64,000 nt of DNA from Torpedo marmorata (lineage: Eukaryota): NCBI GenBank assembly GCA_977017645.1, contig OZ360228.1, positions 84,630,001-84,694,000 of the forward strand, in the 5' to 3' direction. The notes under the pieces were generated by a model. The model had not been told where the DNA came from, did not search any database, and saw nothing but the letters and a program-made list of their open reading frames with translations. This document shows, one piece after another, positions 55,374-64,000 of this stretch (position 1 is the first letter of the stretch; every line of letters starts with the position of its first letter). A program made the position numbers and the translations under genes.

Positions 55374-55613
55374 GGTAAATGTAAAGGTAAAGATTCCATT
55401 ATTGTCACGTAATACTACATTTAGAATGTAACATACATGAAATTCTTTAATTTTTGTCTACCGTAAGGCAGACAGAGGGTCGCTACTTTGTCCAGCGCCC
55501 CTCACAGAAACCTACAGCACCTGGTGTTCCTTGGCGGTCTCCCCTCCAAGTACTGACCAGTCCTGTGGCTGCTTAGCTTCCGAGATCAGACAATCCCAGT
55601 CGTATTCAGGCTA
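55374..55613 (-). mobile_element. 5S rRNA-derived SINE (SINE3 type)
   Basis: Minus strand 55612-55508 reads gtctgatctcggaagctaagcag...tggtcagtacttggaggggagaccgcc..ggaacaccaggtgctgtagg (5S-like), then ~130 bp body and tail. Confidence 0.85.
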
Positions 55614-55899
55614 TGAGGTGCTGTAAGTTCACAGAACCCTCAGTTGTGACCCAGTGCAGCCACTGACAGCACATTCGAATGACCCTTTGACTCACTATGG
55701 TCAGATTGCAATGAGGCCTCTGCATGATGACTCACCCTTACACCCTGTTACCCATTTCAACCACAGGCTGCCATGGACACACCTCTTTAAAAGGACTGAT
55801 GCTGCCTGTCTAGAAAGCAGCTGCAACCTGTGGAATGTGAAGGATGGGCTTTATTTCTCTTCGAGGGGAGCAACCATGATAACACTTTCTTAAAGCATA

Positions 55900-56914
55900 C
55901 AGTGCCCTCCATAATGTTTGGGACAAAGACACTTTTTTTCCTTTATTTGCCCGTGCTCCACAGTTTTAAATTTGAAATCAAACAATTCACATGTAATTAA
56001 AGTGCACATTCTTGATTTTATTCAAGGTTATTTGTATAAATTTTGGTTTGACTCTGTAGAAATTACAGCAAGATGCAAACCATGGCAAAGGTGGTATGCT
56101 TTGAATCTTGGGCAGTTCCTTTACACCTCCGCACTCTGATATAGGTTAATCTTGGTCCCATCTGTCCACAAGACCTTTTTCCAGAATTCTGCAGGCTCTT
56201 TTAAATACTTCTTGGCAAACTGTTATCTGGCCATCCTTTCTGGGGCTAACTGTATTCTGTATTTCTGTTCATGAAGTCTTCTGCAGACAGTAGCCATTGA
56301 CATATCCACACCTGCCTCCTGAAGAGTGTTTCTGATCTATCGGACATACTGTATGTTTGGGGATTTTTCTTCATTATAATGAGAATTCTTCTGTCATCAG
56401 CAGTGGAGGTCTTCATTGGAATACCAGTCCCTTTGCAATTACTGAGCTCACCAGTACGCTCTTTCTTCTTAATGATGTTCCAAACTGTTGATTTTGGTGA
56501 TCCTAAGGTCTGGGTGACGTCTCTTACTGTTTTCTTTTTCGATTCATAATGGCTTCTTTGACTTTCATCGGCACAATTCTGTTGAAAAATGGCAACTACA
56601 GACTCTAAAGGTGATTGAAAGCTCAGAAGCAAACCAAGCTCTCTTATATCTGCACCAATGAAGTAATTAAACATACCTGAGTACTCACAAACACCTGTGA
56701 ACCCAAATGTCCCAAACATTATGGTGTCCTGAAATGAGGGATCTGTGTATAAAAAGTGTTATAATTTCTACATGGGCAAACCAAAATGTATACAAATAAC
56801 CTTGAATGTGCACTTTAATTACGTGAATTGTTTGATTACACATTTAAAACTGTGGAACACAAGGGTAAATAAAGGAAAAAAGTGTCTTTGTCCCAAATAT
56901 TATGGAGGGCACTG
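55900..56914 (-). mobile_element. Tc1 DNA transposon, internally deleted
   Basis: TA on both sides; long TIRs starting CAGTGCCCTCCATAAT; HTH remnant TVRDVTQTLGSPKSTVWNIIKK; no intact DDE domain. Confidence 0.92.
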
Positions 56915-58604
56915 TACACGTCCCAATTTTGTAATGCTTCTGTTACTTCCAACAAGACGTTAGCGCTGTATGCAGAACCCAATTAATGTGCCAAAAATGC
57001 GTAAAGTTCAATTTGTAGGCAAATACCCTTTCCAGGGCAGAAAATGAGCACGGTGCCTAAAGTAATAGAATGAACAGCTGTCCCTCCAGGGCTGCCTCAT
57101 AGCAAGTAACCAATAAAAGTTCAGTTTTCACAATATATTTCTTCCAACCCCAAAGCTCAACAATGAAACTTGATTACAAAAAAAAATTGTTTCATTTTCA
57201 CCACAGCGTGCACAATACAGCAAATCAAGTGTGAGCATGTATGCCAGATTCGCCAGTTGTTTTTTGCATTTATTCAACTATATCCAACCATATAAATTAA
57301 TTTTGCAGTCACAACGGACAAGCCTTTGCAAGGGTAGAGGTTGCAACACAAGCCCCGTACAAGATCATCGTATTAATTATTTTTTAGCATGTCAATGTTA
57401 TGAATTGTGAAGTAGTTCCAAAAACATAAACAGGAAAGCAAAGAAATGGACTGAAAAAAATTGTTGACACTTTATTCCAGAGGAATTTAATAAAATTATG
57501 TTCTCCTTAACTCAAAGGAAATAAATATGCTCTCACAGGTTGTGGTTGGAAGAATTTTAACAACATGTCATATTCATATGATTAATTTAGTATACGCTCC
57601 TACATAACTTGTTTTAAAATGTCCTGCCAAAGTAAAGTTATTGGGGAAAAAAAATACAATTGCTACAATGCAAACTAAAATAAAACATAGTCTCTCTTGT
57701 CAGGAAGTGAGTGTGGCTACATTTCTGAACTCTCTTCTGGAGGCTTAAGATAAAATCACTCCAATGCAAAGTTTACAAAGTGACGATTTGAAATAGTGTA
57801 TGATCATAAACCTTTTCCTTCATTGTGTTTTTAAAAATATAATCATCTGATTAACCTCTGCTGACTCACACATAGGAACAGACTTGAATAAAGCAGTATG
57901 ATTGGATACACAGTGAAATCAATTTCATGATCTTGGTTAAGAAAGACAAATGATAACAGCACTGGCTATACCAGTTCTGACTAAGGGAGAGACTAGCTTG
58001 CAAAATATCTGCTTAAAGAGGGAATCTGATTACCGTAATATATGACAAACCTCACACCTGGTTATACATCATTTGTTTAGTTTTATGATAAGTATTTTGG
58101 TCAAAACACACATTTTCATCTATTAGAGGATATTAATAGAAGATATTGTGTCAATCAAATTTACTTGAATATATTTCATCCCTTTAGTATTAGTGCAGGT
58201 ATAAATCAATATTTCATGTCTATATTTTAATGACATTTGGTATTTATGTTACTTTTTTCCACACAAAAAGCACTTCACTAGAGTGTTATCTTTTATTTTA
58301 ATTTTTAAAATATTTTAATAAATATGACCCTATGATATAAGGTGGGATGATCTAGTGCTTGATCAACAATGCGGGCATTGCAGCTTGCTAAAGGAGAAAA
58401 GCAAAAGGGTGTGGAGGTTTACGTGGGGTCGTTACTTGGGGACTTAGGAACTGAAGGTACAGCCATCAGTGAAGAAATGACAAACTGTGGGAATGACTGA
58501 GGTCAGAATTAGAAGAGGACTATGATATTGGTGTGTTATCGCATTGAAGAACATTGAAGAGATAAGAGACTTGAAAACAAGATTGAGATTTTTATTCTCG
58601 AGTC

Positions 58605-59834
58605 ACATGGCTTGGAAACAGGCCCTTCAGCCAACTTGCCCATGCCAAACCACCCACACTCGTCCCACCTGCCTGCATTTGGCACATATTCCTCAGTCTA
58701 AACCTATCCAATCCATGTATCCATTGCAATAGTACCTGCCTCAACCACCTTGTCCAAAAGCCTGTTCCATACACTCACTATTTTCTGTGTGAAAAAAAAA
58801 AATCCCTTAGGTTCCTGTTAAATCTCTCCCACCTCACCTTAAACTTATCTACCTCTGACACCACTTCCAAGGTACGATGTACTCCTAGATCCCTCTGCTC
58901 GACAACTCTCCAAGACTGTGAAGGTCCTACCCACGTTAGACCTCCCAAAATGCAACATCTTACATTTCTTGTATTAAATTCCATCAACCATTCCTCTGTC
59001 TATCTACCCAACTGATCAAGATCCTGCTACAACCTTTGGCAATTGTCTTCACTATCTACAATACCAGGCACTTTAGCATCATCTGCAAATCTGCTAATCA
59101 CGACATGTACATTTTCATCTAAATCATTGATGTAGATGACAAATAGTAATAGACCCAGTACTGAACCACAACTCAAAGGCCTCCGGTCCAAAAAACAATC
59201 TTACACCATCACCCTCTGCTTTCTTCCATGAAGCCAATTTTCTATCCATTCTACCAGAGCAGCCTTCTGTATGGAACCTTATTGAATGTCTTGCTGAAAT
59301 CCATATATACATCTACAGCTCTGCCCTCGTCAACCATCTTGGTCATATTTTTTAAAAAAACCAATTGGATTTGTGAGACATGACTTCCCACTTACAAAAC
59401 CTTGCTGACTATCCTTAATCAGTCCTTGTGCATCCAAGTGCATGAATATCTTCTCCATCAGAATACTCTCTAGTGACTCACCAACTACAGATGTTACGCT
59501 CACAGACTTGTAGTTCACAGGCTTTCCCCTGCAGCTCTTCTTGAATAGAGGCACAACATTTACCACCCTCCAGTCTTTTGGAACGTCACCTCCACTTAAT
59601 GACGACTTAGAAATCTGTGCCAGGGCACCTGCAATTTCCTCTCCAGCTTCCCAGTATCCTTGGATATATCTGATCAGACCCAGGAGATTTGTCTACCTTC
59701 ATATACATCAGAACCTTTAGTTCCTCCTCAACTGTAATACTAACTGATCTTAAGACTGCTCCAAGTTCTCCAGTTCTCATGTCTTTCTCCACTGTAAAGA
59801 CAAAGGAGAAATACTCGGTGAGAATCTTGCCCAT
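58605..59834 (-). mobile_element. CR1 LINE 3' half (RT to tail)
   Basis: MGKILTEYFSFVFT...DKSPGSD...NVVPLFKK...KSCLTN; tail near 58605. Confidence 0.85.
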
Positions 59835-61012
59835 CGTTGGTACTAATGACATAGATAGGAGTAGGGATGAGGTCCTGAAGAGGGAATATAGGGATTTAGA
59901 AAGGAAGCTGAAAAGCAGGACCTCAAGGGTGGTAATCTTGGGATTGCTGCCTGTGCTATGTGCCAGTGAGGGTAGGAATAGGAAGTTGTGGCAGATGAAT
60001 GTGTGGCTGAAAAGTTGGTGCAGGAGGCAGAGGTTCAGATTTGTGGATCGTGGGGATTTCTTCTGGGGAAGGTATGTCCTGTACAAAAAAGGACAGGCTG
60101 CACCTGAACTGGAGAGAGACTAATATCCTGGCGGATATTGAGACCAATTCCCTTTGCTCGAGCTGTTGGGAACAGTTTAAACTAGTTTGGCAGGGGATGG
60201 GAACCAGAATGTGAGGGCAGAGAATAGAGCAGAAGGTGGAACGGATGACGCAATGTATTGTGGGTTTGTGAGGACGGACAGGCAGAGTGAAGCATAAATG
60301 TAGTCAGTTGGAGGGTTTGAAATTGCCTATTTCAATGCAAGGAGTATAAGGAATAAAAGGAGATGAACTGAGAACATGGATCAGTATGTGGAATGTTGTG
60401 GCGTTACAGAGTCTTGGCTGACAGAAGGACAGAATTGGCTGATGCAGGTACCGGAGTTTAGATGTTTTAAAAGGGATAGGATGGGAGGTATAGGGGGGAG
60501 GGGTGGGGGAAGGAGTAGCATTACTGGTCAGGGATAGTATCATAGCTGTAGAAAGGGTGGACGCTGTGGAGGGAGTGTCTACTGAGTCGGTGTGGATGGA
60601 AGTCAGAAATAGGAAAGGAGCATTCATTGTATTGGGAGTAATCTATAGGCCTCTAAGTAGCCCTTGGGACACTGAGGATCAAATAAGTAGGTAGATTTTG
60701 AAATGATGCAGAAATAACAGGGTTGTTATGGGAGACTTCAACTTCCCAAATATTGACTGGCACCTCCTTACTGCAAGAGGGATCAATGGGGCAGAATTTG
60801 TCAGGTGTGTCCAAGAAGGATTCCTGACACAGTATTTGGACAAGGCGACGAGAGAAGAGGCCATATTGGATCTAGTACTGGGTAATGAACCTGGTCAGGT
60901 GACAGACCTCTCGGTGGGGCAGCATTGCAGTGATAGTGACCACAACTCCCTGAGCTTTATCATAGCTATGGTCAAGGATAAAAGCAGACAAACTGGGAAA
61001 GTATTTAATTGT
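59831..61012 (+). mobile_element. CR1 LINE 5' part (ORF1 esterase and EN), inverted relative to the 3' half
   Basis: VGTNDI...RVVILGLLP; GVALLV...IYRP; MGDFNFPNIDW...AILDLVL...SDHN. Confidence 0.88.
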
Positions 61013-61877
61013 CAGTGACCTTGACTATCAGATTTGGGCTTGGCTCTTTCTGGGGGGAAAATCAAGCATCATAGCAAGTTCATCTTGTTTGGTTTGTTGG
61101 CGCTTAGGGTGTTAGAAGGATCAATGTTTAGTTCATCACTTCATGAATAAAGCCTAAATTTAGTGAACTTAGATCAGATAGTGCCAGCACCTTGAGACAT
61201 CTGCAATTGGCACAGCCATAGAAATTTGTCCAAGGGAACACAAAAATAGATGACAGGGGGCTTTCCTCCAGGTGCTCTAGTTTCCGCCTTTATGCCAAAG
61301 GTGTGTGAGTTCATGGAGATTGCCCCCAGAGTGTAATGGAGCAGTTGATGGGAATTTGGGGAGATCAGGTGACAGGGAAAAATTGGTGAGGGAATAGAAC
61401 TGCCCATGACCCAGCATGGACTCTAAGGATTGGATGATCGTCTATGCAGAGAAGACAATATGTATAAAACATGAATGCCTTTGTGTTCATTTTGACTTGC
61501 TATCTTGTGCTCTTAAAACTGTATGAGCATCATTGGTGGGCACCCAGACTTTGAATTTCAAACTGCACATCAAGACTCCTCCAAAGTTAACACAATCTTC
61601 AGTGTTATTTTAAAAAAAAATCAGCATATTGTAAACATGACTTCTGGCATCATCATTTTGAACTGCTCTGTCAAATTGTGTAAATATTAAAACGTGTACA
61701 TCCCTATTATTTTAGGCAATATTTTAAACATTCCTTTTCTCATTCTATTTGGTCTTTTTTTTTATACTTGTTGAGCTCTATGTTATCACCTTATGCTCAA
61801 CATTTTCAATATTTCCTGTTCGTGAATTTCACTACTTCTCTGGTTCTTCTCTTGATCCCGGAAAAGTTTTATTTTTA

Positions 61878-62068
61878 TTCACATTTTAATTGACCGTGCA
61901 TCATGGAATCTTCTGGTTTTCCTAAGGATATACATGCCTTGAATTTTCAATGTTTTAAAAATGGTTCCTTTTTCACATTTTAATTGACCGTGCATCATGG
62001 AATCTTCTGGTTTTCCTAAGGATATACATGCCTTGAATTTTCAATGTTTTAAAAATGGTTCCTTTTTC
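61878..62068 (+). repeat. Perfect tandem duplication, period 94 bp
   Basis: ttcacattttaattgaccgtg...aaaaatggttcctttt appears twice with no visible difference. Confidence 0.92.
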
Positions 62069-62223
62069 TTAAGTAATGATCAACAATATTCCTCACAAAG
62101 TGCAGATGACACAAAAAATTGGCAAAGTTGTTGAGAGTGAAGAAGGTTATCAAATGATACAGCAGGATTATAAATCAGTTGGAGATAGGGATGGAAAATA
62201 GCAGTTGGCATTTAATCCAAACA

Positions 62224-62425
62224 ACGGTTAGCCTAGCAGTTAGCGCAACGTTGTTACATAGCCAGCGACCGGGGTTCTCCCCGTATCTGCATGGGTTTCT
62301 TCAGAATGCTCCGGTTTCATCAGGGGTGTAGGTCAATTGGGGGTATTTGGGCGGCACAGGCTCGTGGGCCGAAAGGGCCTGTTACCATGCTGTATGTCGA
62401 AATTAAAATTAAATAATTAAAAATT
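62224..62425 (+). mobile_element. tRNA-derived V-SINE (internally deleted)
   Basis: Same head and tail as the 31485 and 38448 copies. Confidence 0.8.
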
Positions 62426-62671
62426 AACTATGAGGTGTTGCAATTTGGGAGGGGGTCAAATGAAAGTTCATAACTCCCTGAAAGTGGCAACACACATAAT
62501 ATGGTGGTAAAGAATGTGCACGACATTGGTTGAGGCACTGGGTAGAAAAGTCAGGATTTTAGCAGTGAATAAAACTTTGGTTTGGCCACATTTGGGGTAT
62601 TGCATGCATTTCTGATCATCACAGAAAAGCTATGGAGGCTTTGAGAGGGTGCAGAAGAGGTTCATTATGAT

Positions 62672-63727
62672 AAGACCATAAGACATAGTAGCAAAAATAT
62701 GCTATTCAGCCCATCGAGTCTGCCCCACCATTTAATCATGAGCTGATCCATTTTCACACTCAGCTCCACTGCCAGGCCTTCTCCCCATAACCTTTGATGC
62801 CCTGGCTAATCAAGAACATATCAATCTCTGCTTTAAACACACCCAATGACCTGGCCTCCACAACTGCCTGTGCAACAAATTCCACAGATTTACCACCCTC
62901 TGGCTGAAGAAATTCCTCCGCATACCTGTTCTAAGCAGATGCCCTTTAATCCTGAAGTTGTGCCCTCTAGTCCTGGACTCTCCCATCATGGGAAACAAAC
63001 TTTCTACATCTACTCTGTCCATGTCTTTCAACATTCAAAATGTTTCTTGCGAACCCTCTCCATGCCAGCACATCCTTTCTTAAATGAGGAGCCCAAAATT
63101 GCTCACAAAACTCCAAGTGAGGTCTCACCAAAGAGCCTCAACATCACATCCCTGCTCTTATATTCTATTCCTCTTGAAATAAATGCCAGCATTGCATTCA
63201 CCTTCTTCACGGCCAACTCAACATGCAAGTTTACCTTCAAGCTATCCTGCACGAGGACTCCCAGATCCCTTTGCATCTGGGTATTTTTAATTTTCTCCCC
63301 ATTTAAAAAAGTCTGCCCATTTATTTTTTCTACCAAAGTGCATGACTGTACACTTTCCAACATTGTATTTCATTTGCCACTTCTCTGCCAATTCTCCTAA
63401 TCTGTCTAAGTCCTTCTACAGCCCCCATGTTTCCTCAACACTACCTGCTCCTCCACCTATCTTTGTATCATCTGCAAAATTGGCCACATAGCCATTCATT
63501 CCATAATCTAAATAATTAATATACAACATAAAAAGAAGCAGCCCCAACACCGACCCCTGTGGAACACCACTAGCAACTGGCAGCCAATCAGAATATCATC
63601 CCTGTATTCCGACTCTCTGCTTCCTGCCAATCAGCCAATGCTCTACCCACGGTAATACGTTTCCTGTTATACCATGGCAGTATCTTGTTAAGGAGCCTCA
63701 TTTGCAGCACCTTGTCAAAGGCCTTCT
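62672..63727 (-). mobile_element. CR1 LINE 3' portion
   Basis: KAFDKV...SGVPQGSVLG...FADDTK...RNFFSQRVVNLWN; tail near 62672. Confidence 0.88.
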
Positions 63728-64000
63728 TGTTGTCAGGATTACCTATAAGGAGAGGTTGGACAAAATTTAGTTGTTTAGGGGAGACAAGATAGATCACAAA
63801 ATGCTGAGAGGTATAGATAGGGTATCATCAATATTTTCCCCTAGGGTGAAAATGTTAAAGACTACAGGGCATAGGTTTAAGGTGAGAGGTAGAAATTGTA
63901 AAGGGAATGTGAGGGGCAAATATTTTCATACAGAAAGCAGTATGTGCCTGGAGCACATTGTGAACAGGGGTAGTGGAAGCAGATACAACAGTGACATTTA

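Larger units (their letters stand above)
62085..64000 (+). mobile_element. Decayed CR1 interrupted by a V-SINE and a younger minus-strand CR1
   Basis: ADDTK remnant at ~62100; CR1 sequence resumes after ~63730. Confidence 0.65.

Noticed and set aside
55508-55612. Functional 5S rRNA gene
   Set aside because: 5' end missing, many substitutions, and it reads into a SINE body and tail.

Overview
Vertebrate genomic DNA. The repeat content (V-SINEs, Deu-domain SINEs, CR1, Rex1, L1, Penelope) suggests a cartilaginous fish; this is inference. The window is spanned by FRMD6 (Willin) on the minus strand. I resolved 12 coding exons with GT-AG boundaries and compatible phases (54347 to 2904, 1560 nt = 520 codons). 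The last coding exon lies left of the window, and the promoter/first exon probably right of it. The introns are dense with mostly decayed transposons, and there are two assembly gaps. The main surprise is a ~2.0 kb hAT-type element (629-2621) with imperfect TIRs and a perfect 8-bp target-site duplication (TSD, CTGCTGGG). It carries the 3' coding end and 3'UTR of frizzled-8 and lies antisense in the last FRMD6 intron, i.e. a Pack-TIR-like gene capture. Also notable: Penelope-derived hammerhead-like motifs (including a tandem pair), a 5S-rRNA-headed SINE with a Rex1-like tail, a CR1 with twin-priming-like 5' inversion, a MER6-like Tigger, intronic hairpins and a candidate FRMD6 uORF. Family names come from recalled motifs, not database searches. 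Boundaries of decayed repeats are approximate.
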